Source: a virus
Taxonomy: Duplodnaviria; Caudoviricetes
DNA: 35,768 bases
Strand: one strand, 5' to 3'
Virus record (IMG/VR): IMGVR_UViG_3300049828_000055
Coordinates: 1 to 35,768 of that record
Shown in pieces: positions 7,456 to 16,535 of the stretch. The translations under genes were made by a program, and so were the position numbers. Numbering within the stretch: position 1 is the first letter of the stretch; the number at the start of each line of letters is the position of its first letter. The notes beneath the pieces were generated by a model. The model was given only the letters and a program-made list of their open reading frames with translations. It had not been told where the DNA came from and ran no database searches.

Positions 7456-10400
7456 TCACCTTTCGATTGCTGCCCGAACTTTGCTCGACCGCTTGCCGAT
7501 GAAGTTCAGGATCGCCCGTTCACCGGCAGGCGTGTCCAGCGCCGCCTGAAGCCCTTCTTCGGGCGACGATACGTTGATGTTGCGAATATTGACAGGGGCT
7601 TGCGACGAGCCGCCTGCCGCTTTGCCGCCATTGAGGACGTTCCGGGGATCATTCTCCGAAAGCACTTCCTCGTTTTTCTTGGCGATGATCGGGACCTCAT
7701 TCGGGGCCAGACCGGGAAGCCCGCCGCCGTGGAACCGACGCGCGCCCATGAAGACCATAGGCGACACCATCCGGCGCTGGTTGCGGCCACTGGACCGGCC
7801 CACGACCTCGCCCTTGTGGGCAATCCCGATCCCGAGGAAGTTCCCGAAGGCCGTGCCCTTCAGCGCGTTGAAGATCGCCTGCTGGATAATCATCTTCCCG
7901 ATCTCGATCAGGAATTCAGCCGCGAATTTCTGGAAGGCGTATCCCAGAGATTCGAACAGGTTTCCAGTCTCGACCAGCTTTTGCGCGAACGTATCGAAAG
8001 CGGACGCAACGCCACCCATGAACAACTCGCCAACCTTCTTCCAAGTGAAGTAGCTGGCATTCGCCGCCTGCCCGAAGTTCCGGGCTTCAATGCTCAGAGT
8101 CCGAAGATTGGCGATAGCCGCTTCGGATTCCGTTCCACCAACAGCTTCCCAGAACTTGATGGCACTTTCAATTGCCGTGTTCAAGGTCGCGTTGATGTCG
8201 ACAATCTTGGCCTTGATCTGATCCTGCAATACGGAATCACCGGCTTCTGCTGCCAAAGCCAATTGATCCGTAAGAGCCTGCCGGATAGAAATCAGGTTAT
8301 TGACTTCTTCTTCAGCCTTTTGGGCTTGCTCTTTGGTAGTCAGAATATTCTTGTTGGCCTGTTCGAGATCAAAAAGCCTGCCTGCCTGCTCGGCAATAGT
8401 TGCCAATTCGGCCTGCGAGATATTGGCATTCTGCTTTTTGGCAGCGTTGATTGCCGCCTGAATTGCAGCCTCACGTTCCAGCCCGGCATTCTTTCGCTCT
8501 TGCTGCTCGACTGCGAATTCACCGTCTGCAATCGCGCCTGCGGTTCTGGCCGCTGCTTCTTCCGAAGCCTTGATGGCCGCGTCTGCCTGCTTGATGATCT
8601 CGTCAGCCCGCTCTTGGTCAATCTCGACAAGCCGCCGCCTGACACTCAGTTCCTCGCCGGAAACGCCCACCATGCGCTCGGCCCACGCGATAACTTCCTC
8701 GCGCGTCTTGCCGTCGAGAATGCTCTGGTTTGCTGCGATCTGATCGGCCCCGAGGACATCGTTCGCAATGGTGCCGGGGGCGGAATTGACCAGCGCAATC
8801 GCGCCGCCCGGCCCGAGGAAATGCGCCAGTTTCAGGTTGGCGTCGGTGATAGCGACCCCGGCCTTGTCCAGAAGGGCAGCGTTCTCCCGCAGGTACAACT
8901 CCGTCATTTGGCGCGACAATGCGGCGTCAGTCCGCAGCGCCAAAATCATCGTGTTGGTCATGCCTTCGGCGCGATCCGGGAAATACTTCTTGAACATTTC
9001 AAGCCATGTAGAGGCGATGAATTGCCCGAGGCCGGTCGCGCTAGAATCGGGGTTTTTGGCGTTGGGATCAAAGGCGCTTTCGCCGCCGATAATCCGGTCA
9101 ACAAGATCGCCGCCGAAGCCCTGCCCAAGCCGTTCCGCATTCGCTGCTGCAATCGCGGCGAAGCCCTCTGCCGACTTGTTCAGAAGGTCCTGCATGGCTG
9201 CGGCGCGCATGATCGCTTCCGGCAGCTTGTTGACTTCGAGCAAGGCCAGTTGGTAGTTCCGCTGCAACTCGTAGGCCGCTTTGGCGATGTCTTCCGTCCC
9301 CTCTTTCGACTTGGGGGCGAACTCGGCCACGGCCTTGACCGATTTCGACAGCGCGTCCATCGCCACGCCCAAGGCATCGGTCGGATCAGCGGCGTTTTCG
9401 GTTTCACCATTCAGGCGCTTGATGGCGGCTTCAGCCTCGTCAGCCGTGCCGGTCAGGGCGATAACCACGTCCTTTGCGACTTCCAAGGCAGAGGCATAGG
9501 TGTCGATATTGGTGGCGGATTCGATGATGCTTTCGCCCATGCGAACGACTGCCGGGTCTGCCTCCCGGAACCTGTCGATCAATTCGTCAACGCCCTTGGC
9601 GAATGCGTCCGATTTGATCTCGCCTTTGTCGAACCGTTGGAACAGGGCGTCGACTTCCTGCAAGAATTCCTGAACCACTTTCGACTGGCCGCGACCCACG
9701 TTCCCGAAGATGTTGCGTTCGAGAACGCCACCAATCCCCTTGAAAGCGCCCTTGGCGTCTTCGAGGCTTTCGGTCAGGTCGTCCACGTCCTTCCGGGCGT
9801 CAAAGAGCGTGACGCCTTGCAGCTTCTCGCGCCACCTGTCGACTGACGCCCCGGTCTGGTCATAGGCGTTCCTCACCCGGTCCACGATCTTCTCGTGAAG
9901 GTTCATGGCCTCTGTCGCTTGATCCGCAGCCGTCGCCCACAGGGAGATCGCGGTCGTGATCGCCACGAAGGCAATCCCTACGCCGCTGGTGATAAGCAGG
10001 GACTTCAGCGCCACCCCGAAGGCCGTCACGCCCGCTGCCCCGGCACCGAAGGCTGTTCCGGTCGTCCGAGCGGCAATCGCCGCCTTGGTCGCTGACTCCC
10101 CGGCGAGGGCAAAAGCGACCCCCAAGGTCTGCACCCCCTTTGCCAACTTCAGGACCAAAGGCAGGATGCTGATCGAAGCGTAGGCCGTGACCGCAGCAAT
10201 CAAGAGCCTGAAATTCTGGACGACAAATCCGAGGACGTTGAACAGCGCCGCAAATCCCTTGGACAAGGCTCCGAGGAAAGTCTGGAAATCAGCCGACTTG
10301 ATAACCTCTGTTGCCATCCGTGCGAATTCCGCAAAGGCGTCGATAAAACCGCCCTTCCCGAAAGTCAGCAAGGCTTGGAAGGCCGCGTTCTTCAACTGCC

Positions 10401-12513
10401 CGATTGCAGCCGTAACCCCAATAAGAGACTGTTCCAGACCGGGGCCGAACCGCTTGGTCAATTCTTCCGCGAACGGAATAAGAGCGTCGGACGTAATTTG
10501 TCCTTGCTCCATCATCTTAATCAGTTCATCGGTCCCAATACCAAGACCGTCAGCCATCAAGTTAATTGCGCCCGGAAGACGATCGCCCAATTGCTGACGC
10601 AATTCTTCCATTTGGACGGCACCCTTTGACACGATCTGCGTCAAAGCCGTAAATACGCCCTTCATATCTTCCGCAGAAGAACGGTTCACTCGTGCGGCTT
10701 CAGCAACCGCAATAAAAATCTTCCGAGTATTTTCCCCGGCGAGATTGGTGCCTTTAGTCGCAATTGCGAACTTGGAATACTCCGTCGCAAGCGTCCCGAA
10801 TTCAATCCCGAGACGTTCCGCATTCCGGCGCACGAAATCCAGTTCGGCGGCAGTCTGTTCTTGGTCGTCCCCCGTGGCGACGTTCAGCCGGGCCTGTGCG
10901 GCTTCGAGTTGCTGGAAGGCGTCCACGGTCTGCCCGAGAACGCTGATAACCCCATAGAAGCCGCCATAGGCCGCGACCAGCGACAGGACCTCGCCCCGAA
11001 GGCGTTGGCTGACCGACAGGGACGTGCGGTGTTCGTTGTTCAGCCCGAGCAGGGCGCGGGTGATCCGTTCGATCAGGGACAACTGCTGCGGCGGCGGCAC
11101 GGGTGGCGCGGCTGCTGCGATGCGGGTTGCCTGCGCCACCTTCAGATAGGTGTCATAGAGCCGTTCGAGGGCCGTGCGGCTCTTGTCCGCGTTCTGCCTG
11201 ACACCGGCCAGCGCGGCGTCAGAACCGGCGTGGATCGAAGCGAACGCAGCCTGCGCGGAACTCAGCTTCGAGGCGTCCCCGCCCGCTGCCGCAAGGGCCT
11301 GCCGCAGCCTGCCAAGCGTCTCAGTTTCCAGCCGCAGGGCTTCCTTGGATTCCAGCGCCCGGACCTTGACCACATCAAGGGCCTTCGCCATTTCCAGCGT
11401 GGGCACCCCGACAGCGCCGATCTCGGCCACCAGCCGGTCGACCGTGACTTGGGTCGCGGCCATCGCGTCCCGTGCTTCCCTGACCTGCCGAACCTGCGCG
11501 CCGATGTCCAGCCGCAGGTTGCCGAAGCCCTTCGACCCGAACTCAGCCATCCGGCCCGTGGTTTCGGCCAAGGCCGCATCCGTCGCCGCCAGCGCCGCCT
11601 TGTTCTTGCCCAGCGCGTCGTTCTGCCGGTTCAGACTGTTGGCCGTCTTCTCGACCGTGGACGCCAGCTTGCTTTCCGCATCTGCCGCCGACCGGGCGAC
11701 GACCTGAAGGTCCTTGACCGTGGTCTTGCTCTTGTCCAGCGCCGTGTTGCTTTTCTTCAGCGCGGCTTCTGCGGTCTTCAGACCGTCCGTATATTTGGCA
11801 ACCGAAACGTTCGCCCGATCAAGACCCGCTTGGGAATTTTTCAGGGCTTCTTTCTGGTCGCGCAACTTGGCGGAATTCTCAATCAGCGCCGTGGTGTTCG
11901 ACTTGAAGGAATTCAGGAGCCTTTGAGTCGGGGCTTCAGCGGCGGCAATTTGCGCCCCCAATTCCTTGACCTTGGTCTGGTATCCGTCGATCTTCCCGGT
12001 CAGCCGGGTGATTTCGTTCTGGGTTTTCTCGACGGCCTTGGCATACTTTTCCTGCCGCCCGAGGGCTTCGGTCTGCGCGGCTGCGATCTTCTTGACGGCG
12101 GCGGCGCTCTTTTCCTGTTCGACACGGGTCGCGGCCAGTTTGGTCTTGGCTGTTTCCAGCTTGCCGTTGACCTTGGTGATCTCGTCACCAGCCTTCTTCA
12201 AGTCCTGCTGGTATTCCTTCAGAGACTTTTTGGTGCCTTCGATCTCTTGCTGGACTCGGGCGACCTGCGCGGCAGCGCGGGCGGAACTGTCGGCCAACTT
12301 GCCGATGGGGTCCGAACTGGCGGCTTTCTGGAAGTCACTCAGCGCCGTCCCCAGAAGGGACAGGGCAGATCGGGTCTTGGCCGAATCCTGCGTGACGCCC
12401 CGCTCGGCATCCCGGAAATCGTTCAGGGCGGCGGTGATCGCGTCGAGGACCTTTTCGGCCTCATTCTTCGCCCTGACTACAAGGCCGACCTCACGGGTGT
12501 TCCTGCTCGCCAC
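7456..12513 (-). CDS. Tape measure protein with embedded lytic transglycosylase domain
   Basis: 1685 aa, Ala-rich coiled coil. Tape-measure domain (ALTQIVSKGAVQMEELRQQLGDRLPG), hydrophobic segments, SLT-like motif (GES..DPNAKNP.SSATGLGQF..STW) and C-terminal RFHGGG..GL.PNEVP. Confidence 0.93.
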   Translation of the reverse strand: MASRNTREVGLVVRAKNEAEKVLDAITAALNDFRDAERGVTQDSAKTRSALSLLGTALSDFQKAASSDPIGKLADSSARAAAQVARVQQEIEGTKKSLKEYQQDLKKAGDEITKVNGKLETAKTKLAATRVEQEKSAAAVKKIAAAQTEALGRQEKYAKAVEKTQNEITRLTGKIDGYQTKVKELGAQIAAAEAPTQRLLNSFKSNTTALIENSAKLRDQKEALKNSQAGLDRANVSVAKYTDGLKTAEAALKKSNTALDKSKTTVKDLQVVARSAADAESKLASTVEKTANSLNRQNDALGKNKAALAATDAALAETTGRMAEFGSKGFGNLRLDIGAQVRQVREARDAMAATQVTVDRLVAEIGAVGVPTLEMAKALDVVKVRALESKEALRLETETLGRLRQALAAAGGDASKLSSAQAAFASIHAGSDAALAGVRQNADKSRTALERLYDTYLKVAQATRIAAAAPPVPPPQQLSLIERITRALLGLNNEHRTSLSVSQRLRGEVLSLVAAYGGFYGVISVLGQTVDAFQQLEAAQARLNVATGDDQEQTAAELDFVRRNAERLGIEFGTLATEYSKFAIATKGTNLAGENTRKIFIAVAEAARVNRSSAEDMKGVFTALTQIVSKGAVQMEELRQQLGDRLPGAINLMADGLGIGTDELIKMMEQGQITSDALIPFAEELTKRFGPGLEQSLIGVTAAIGQLKNAAFQALLTFGKGGFIDAFAEFARMATEVIKSADFQTFLGALSKGFAALFNVLGFVVQNFRLLIAAVTAYASISILPLVLKLAKGVQTLGVAFALAGESATKAAIAARTTGTAFGAGAAGVTAFGVALKSLLITSGVGIAFVAITTAISLWATAADQATEAMNLHEKIVDRVRNAYDQTGASVDRWREKLQGVTLFDARKDVDDLTESLEDAKGAFKGIGGVLERNIFGNVGRGQSKVVQEFLQEVDALFQRFDKGEIKSDAFAKGVDELIDRFREADPAVVRMGESIIESATNIDTYASALEVAKDVVIALTGTADEAEAAIKRLNGETENAADPTDALGVAMDALSKSVKAVAEFAPKSKEGTEDIAKAAYELQRNYQLALLEVNKLPEAIMRAAAMQDLLNKSAEGFAAIAAANAERLGQGFGGDLVDRIIGGESAFDPNAKNPDSSATGLGQFIASTWLEMFKKYFPDRAEGMTNTMILALRTDAALSRQMTELYLRENAALLDKAGVAITDANLKLAHFLGPGGAIALVNSAPGTIANDVLGADQIAANQSILDGKTREEVIAWAERMVGVSGEELSVRRRLVEIDQERADEIIKQADAAIKASEEAAARTAGAIADGEFAVEQQERKNAGLEREAAIQAAINAAKKQNANISQAELATIAEQAGRLFDLEQANKNILTTKEQAQKAEEEVNNLISIRQALTDQLALAAEAGDSVLQDQIKAKIVDINATLNTAIESAIKFWEAVGGTESEAAIANLRTLSIEARNFGQAANASYFTWKKVGELFMGGVASAFDTFAQKLVETGNLFESLGYAFQKFAAEFLIEIGKMIIQQAIFNALKGTAFGNFLGIGIAHKGEVVGRSSGRNQRRMVSPMVFMGARRFHGGGLPGLAPNEVPIIAKKNEEVLSENDPRNVLNGGKAAGGSSQAPVNIRNINVSSPEEGLQAALDTPAGERAILNFIGKRSSKVRAAIER

Positions 12514-13227
12514 CGCCTTGCCCCCGTTCTAAGCGCGGTTTCGCCCTGACCGCTAGTGTATCAAGGTTCTTTGTAAACTGCTTCGCGTTCTTAGTCGAGA
12601 CGATTGAACCTGCCGCAAGTTGGATCAGGATCGCCTCCGTGGCAATCCTATTGTTCTCCCGTTCCCGAACAAGGTTCGCTTCATCTACCAGCATCCCGAG
12701 CGGATATTGCCACGCTTCCGGGTGCCCGCTGCCTATCAGGAGACTAGCGTCCCGGCGAAACCCCCAGACCCATCCTCGGAGATCGGCGTTCTCACCATCT
12801 TGACCGCCCGTGTCGCTTCCTGAAGCGCCTTGACCACGAGCAGCACCAGCTTTTCCAGCGAGGAATCCGACTGGAAGGAAAGTCTGGCGATGGCTTCCAG
12901 AATCACCGCTTGATTGCTGATCGACAACTGCCGGGCTACAGCGATGCCCGCATCGTTGTAGTCGTTCGCAGACAGGGCGATGATCGCGGCCAGCATGTCG
13001 GGGAATTCGACAGCCATATCGCGCACGATCTTTTTCACGATGTCGACCGTGAATTCGGCTTCCTGCTCTTTCACCTTCTCCCAGACCTTCATCATGGCCG
13101 GGGCGTGTCCGTTCAGCAGGGACACAAGGTCCGCAAGGTTGATGCCTCGCACTTCCAGTTCGATCCCTTCGCGGATAGGGATTACTTCTGTCAGGATCGG
13201 AATCCCGCTCAGTCTCATTTTTGCCAT
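12491..13227 (-). CDS. Tail assembly chaperone GT, -1 frameshift fusion (about 245 aa)
   Basis: The -1 frame relative to gene G is open from at least 12856 to the stop at 12491 and reads ...WVWGFRRDASLLIGSGHPEAWQYPLGMLVDEA..., in frame with the 12491..12694 ORF. Slippery candidates: G-GGT-TTC (12757-12763) and G-GAA-AAG (12850-12856). Confidence 0.75.
12736..13227 (-). CDS. Tail assembly chaperone G (pre-tape-measure protein)
   Basis: 163 aa between the tail tube and tape measure genes; VRGINLADL..L motif typical of Chi-like pre-TMP chaperones. Confidence 0.85.
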   Translation of the reverse strand: MAKMRLSGIPILTEVIPIREGIELEVRGINLADLVSLLNGHAPAMMKVWEKVKEQEAEFTVDIVKKIVRDMAVEFPDMLAAIIALSANDYNDAGIAVARQLSISNQAVILEAIARLSFQSDSSLEKLVLLVVKALQEATRAVKMVRTPISEDGSGGFAGTLVS

Positions 13228-13259
13228 TGGAAATCTCTTTGCACGGGGGTCGGTCAGAG

Positions 13260-13293
13260 TGAAGCCCGGCGACCGTGAGATCGCCGGGCTTCA
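13260..13293 (-). terminator. Hairpin after the major tail gene (attenuating terminator or mRNA stabiliser)
   Basis: Perfect 13-bp inverted repeat TGAAGCCCGGCGA / TCGCCGGGCTTCA with an 8-nt loop, 3 nt after the stop; only a weak U-tract. Confidence 0.6.
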
Positions 13294-13296
13294 GGA

Positions 13297-14466
13297 TCAG
13301 GCGTAGGTCGGGACACCATCGCGGTAGATGGCCTCGTCGCCGTCTTTCTTCAGGATCGACAGAGACAGCGGGATTTGCTGCCAGTCGTCACCCTTCAGGG
13401 CATAGTCGCCGTTGGGGGCCATCTTGACCTTGTTCATCAGCCAACGCGAATCGGTGCCCTTCGGGTTCTTCGTGACGAACAGCAGCGCACCCGTGACCGG
13501 CGACGACCCGGAGATCACACGCTCCCGACTCGACCCGACGACCGCATAGGACACGTCGATGTCCACACCGTCGATAGCGATAAGCGACCCTTCGAGGAAG
13601 GTAATCATCCCCATATCCGCGTCGATGGTGAAATCAACGCCGACGACCAGACCATCCCCCGCCGTGCCCCCCGTCAGGAAGCCGCTCGTGCCCGCGAACG
13701 TGGTGTTGGAGGCCGGGGTCGTGTTTGCGAAGACAATGGCGTTGCCCGCGATGCCGGTGTCACGCGCGGTCACGGTGACAACAGCGCCAGTATCGGACGC
13801 CGAAGCCAACGGGTTGTAGACAGTTCCGACGCTGACATCAGCCCCCACGACGCCGTTGATGGCGTCCGCAATGGCCGCAGCAACGGTAGCGGGGGTGGCG
13901 TTCGTTTTGATTTCGTTGGGCACGGTCGGACTGGTCGAAAGTGCCGTCCTGAAGGTGTAGGCCACCCCGCCGATGGTGATGATCTGGCCGTTGGTCGGGC
14001 CAGTCGACGCGATGGTAATCGTCCCGGAAGCCGCCACGGCAGGGGTGCCGCCGTTCAGTTCGACTTCGACGCCCAACGGATCAAGCCCCATATATCCCGA
14101 GGGATTGGCGTCCGTGACGCCCAGAAGATAGGAATGCCCGGCCTTGATCCCTGTCAGGGTTTCCGTATCCATAGCGACCGACGCCTGCGTCAGCGCCGTG
14201 GTGGAGCCGAAAAAGAACAGGGCGACGTTCGCGGCACTGATGTTGTCCGTGGTGAGCGAGCCGGTGCGCGTCACTTCGAGCGGCACCGAGTCGTCCAGTT
14301 CGCGGATGCCTTCGTCCGAATTGAAGTGGTCAAGGTCGTTCGATTCGATGGTCAGGCTGAACTCGGGCGTGTTGCCGAGATAGCGGAAACCTTCGGGGGT
14401 TTCGGTGCCGGCGATGAAGCGGGAAAAGTAGACCTTCCCGCGACCGAGCGTGTAGTTGTTTGCCAT
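13297..14466 (-). CDS. Major tail (tube) protein with an internal inserted domain
   Basis: 389 aa. NYTLGRGKVYF, RYLGNTPEF and C-terminal NPKG...KV.M.PNGDYALKGDDWQ motifs of Chi-like tube proteins. Confidence 0.9.
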   Translation of the reverse strand: MANNYTLGRGKVYFSRFIAGTETPEGFRYLGNTPEFSLTIESNDLDHFNSDEGIRELDDSVPLEVTRTGSLTTDNISAANVALFFFGSTTALTQASVAMDTETLTGIKAGHSYLLGVTDANPSGYMGLDPLGVEVELNGGTPAVAASGTITIASTGPTNGQIITIGGVAYTFRTALSTSPTVPNEIKTNATPATVAAAIADAINGVVGADVSVGTVYNPLASASDTGAVVTVTARDTGIAGNAIVFANTTPASNTTFAGTSGFLTGGTAGDGLVVGVDFTIDADMGMITFLEGSLIAIDGVDIDVSYAVVGSSRERVISGSSPVTGALLFVTKNPKGTDSRWLMNKVKMAPNGDYALKGDDWQQIPLSLSILKKDGDEAIYRDGVPTYA

Positions 14467-14497
14467 GATGCTTTCCTCGTTTCAGTTGCTCGAAGGG

Positions 14498-15037
14498 TCA
14501 CGCCTCGACGGCGTAAGGATCGTCCAAATCTTCGGCCAAGTCCAGCGTGATTGTCAGCCAGAAATAAGCCTTCGCAGAGATTTCATCGGGGGGTCGGACG
14601 ACGCCCGGCCCGATATACATTCCGGTCACATACCGGCCAAGACCAAGGATGCCCTGCTCTGGCTTGTTCCAGTCGGTCTTTTTCTTCTCCAATGCCAGAC
14701 GCTTTTTCACATCAGCCATCAGGACGTGAGCAGGATCGGTCGGGTTGGCCCGATCATCTACCGCAAAACCTTGGATCATCATTTCCCACAGGCCGGAACT
14801 CTGCGCGGCGTCAACGGGCGGGGGAAGCTGGTCAATCGGGATCGGGACTTCCAGAAGCGACAGCATGGGAAGGGGGTCATTCTCGCCGTAGATCAGGCGA
14901 CCCCGGAAAACGCAATTCGCGGCACTGTCTACGGCTGCGGACAGGTCAGTGACGTATCCATTGCCGGGCGAAATATCCCGAAGGATTCCCGACAGCCTAC
15001 GCTGGACTTCCAGACGAAGGGGATAGTCAAAGGGCAT
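14498..15037 (-). CDS. Tail terminator / tail completion protein
   Basis: 179 aa. I.PGNGY..DL, VFRGR..YG.NDPLPMLS.LE and NPTDPAH.LMADV motifs; directly upstream of the tube gene. Confidence 0.8.
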   Translation of the reverse strand: MPFDYPLRLEVQRRLSGILRDISPGNGYVTDLSAAVDSAANCVFRGRLIYGENDPLPMLSLLEVPIPIDQLPPPVDAAQSSGLWEMMIQGFAVDDRANPTDPAHVLMADVKKRLALEKKKTDWNKPEQGILGLGRYVTGMYIGPGVVRPPDEISAKAYFWLTITLDLAEDLDDPYAVEA

Positions 15038-15655
15038 TCACAACTCCATAAGCCGCAAGAATTCGTTTTCCAGTTTTTCCGCCAGATCGGGGGCTTGGTC
15101 TGCCGCCACGCCCGACCCTTCACGACCAAGGAATACCTGATCGACCGATGGTCCGTAAAGCAGATAAAGTCCTGAATCGATTCTGCGGCTGAACCGCTTG
15201 TTGGTCAGCGTCTCGCCGGGCTTCAGCCGAACCGCTAGACCAAGGTTGAATCGGTTGTCAGAAATGTCGTTGTTGCCTGACCGCAGCCGCATCAGGAAGG
15301 CCCGCTTCAAGTGCTTGGTCTTGTTTCCGACCCTGACCGTCACGCCGCCCGGCGCACTCGGACGCGGGTTGCCCTGCACAAATCGGGCAAGGCTGGTCGG
15401 CCTGCCGGTCGCCGCGATCACGGCCTCCAAGCTGGACCGTGTGGCCTGCTCTTTGACGTAGAGTCGCTTCTTCGCCGGGGCCAGATAGCCGGGCGGGAAA
15501 TTGATCTCGTGTTCCATCCGAATGGCAATGGAAGACCTGCCGTCGCGGGCGATCTTGTTAATGGCTTGAACAGCCTTCAGCCTGATCTTGTCGCTCAGGG
15601 ATGCGATGTCCGTGAGTTGGTCAAGCCCCTCCACGAAGACCGCATACTCCATCAT
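15038..15655 (-). CDS. Neck / tail completion protein (gpZ-like)
   Basis: 205 aa, basic. AINK.A, RPTSLARF, NLGLAVRL and LLYGPSVDQVF motifs; synteny. Confidence 0.8.
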   Translation of the reverse strand: MMEYAVFVEGLDQLTDIASLSDKIRLKAVQAINKIARDGRSSIAIRMEHEINFPPGYLAPAKKRLYVKEQATRSSLEAVIAATGRPTSLARFVQGNPRPSAPGGVTVRVGNKTKHLKRAFLMRLRSGNNDISDNRFNLGLAVRLKPGETLTNKRFSRRIDSGLYLLYGPSVDQVFLGREGSGVAADQAPDLAEKLENEFLRLMEL

Positions 15656-16041
15656 GCCACGTCCTCCGGGGTCGCCTTGCCAGTCAACTCGCTGGCCGAC
15701 ATTCGGGTGACTTCGCAGGAAATGGTCATGCCGTCGCGCGGCAGAACCGTGTCGATCACATAGCCTTCGGTCGTTGAACGAACAACCGCATCCAGCCGCT
15801 TCAGGGTGATCCCCAGATCGGCCAAGGCTTCCGCGTCGAAGATCATCCGCGTCCGGTTTTCGTGGACCTCTGCATAGGACAGGCTGGTCCCCGCCAGATC
15901 GCCGGTCTTGACCGCTTTCTCCCCGACCCGGACATAGACAACCCCGGCCAGAACCGTGCCGCCCACGAAATAGGTCGCCGCCCGCCCCATGAAATCATGG
16001 AGCGAGCGACGGGCTGCTGCGCGAATGTCTTCGATAGACAT
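15652..16041 (-). CDS. Head-tail joining protein (head closure, gpFII-like)
   Basis: 129 aa. ARR.LH..M...A.Y N-terminus and Y.ID.V.P.DG motif; synteny. Confidence 0.75.
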   Translation of the reverse strand: MSIEDIRAAARRSLHDFMGRAATYFVGGTVLAGVVYVRVGEKAVKTGDLAGTSLSYAEVHENRTRMIFDAEALADLGITLKRLDAVVRSTTEGYVIDTVLPRDGMTISCEVTRMSASELTGKATPEDVA

Positions 16042-16469
16042 CAGATCAGGTCTTTCGCCTTGTCTTCATCTTCGCCTTCGTCGCCTTCGTCTTCGTCTTC
16101 GTCGCCTTCACCGTCGCCCGAGCCTTCTTCGTCGGCCTCGGCTTCTTTGGCAGCGGCTTCAGCGGCGGCAGCAGCTTCCGCAGCAGCCTTCTCGGCCTTG
16201 GTCGGGGCCTTGGGCTTGGTCGGGGCCTTCGCGGGGGCCGCAGCGGACGCAGCAGGGGCCGCAGCGGGCTTGGGATCGTCCGCAAACACGACAGCAGCGC
16301 CCCCGGCCAGCAGTTGCGCTTCCTGCGTCTCATTCTGCGCCTTGAACAGCCCGCCCGGCGCGATCTTCTTGACCTCGGGCGGGGTCGGCTTGACGCCTTT
16401 GGCTTTGTCGCCCGCGATACCGGGCTTGATGGTCATGGTGACAGTGTGGACTGCACGGAGAGTCTTCAT
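16041..16469 (-). CDS. Capsid-cluster protein with Ala/Pro/Lys linker and acidic tail (gpFI-position protein)
   Basis: 142 aa with an AGGAGG SD. About 60-aa N-terminal domain, then a low-complexity PAK/EA linker and a D/E tail ending KDLI. Confidence 0.75.
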   Translation of the reverse strand: MKTLRAVHTVTMTIKPGIAGDKAKGVKPTPPEVKKIAPGGLFKAQNETQEAQLLAGGAAVVFADDPKPAAAPAASAAAPAKAPTKPKAPTKAEKAAAEAAAAAEAAAKEAEADEEGSGDGEGDEDEDEGDEGEDEDKAKDLI

Positions 16470-16495
16470 TGGGGGGTGCCCCTCCTACGGGCTGG

Positions 16496-16532
16496 TATGC
16501 AAAAGGGGTCAGACAATCCGACCCCTTCCGGG
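16496..16532 (-). terminator. Intrinsic terminator, copy A
   Basis: Minus strand reads GGGGTCGGA-TTG-TCTGACCCC-TTTTGCATA just after the stop at 16536. Confidence 0.7.
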
Positions 16533-16535
16533 ATT

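Noticed and set aside
7600-9846. 748-aa plus-strand ORF antisense to the tape measure gene (also 10861..12549)
   Set aside because: Shadow ORF caused by GC-rich codon bias on the coding strand; no recognisable motifs or SD, and fully overlaps a clear gene.
16060-16130. TCTTCG/TCGCCT short tandem repeats (also about 23916-23940)
   Set aside because: They simply encode Asp/Glu/Gly-rich tails in multiples of three; no sign of phase variation.
16470-16490. Possible SD-occluding hairpin (GGAGGGG-CA-CCCCCC) before the 142-aa gene
   Set aside because: Only about 5 bp with a bulge; too weak to claim without folding calculations or conservation data.
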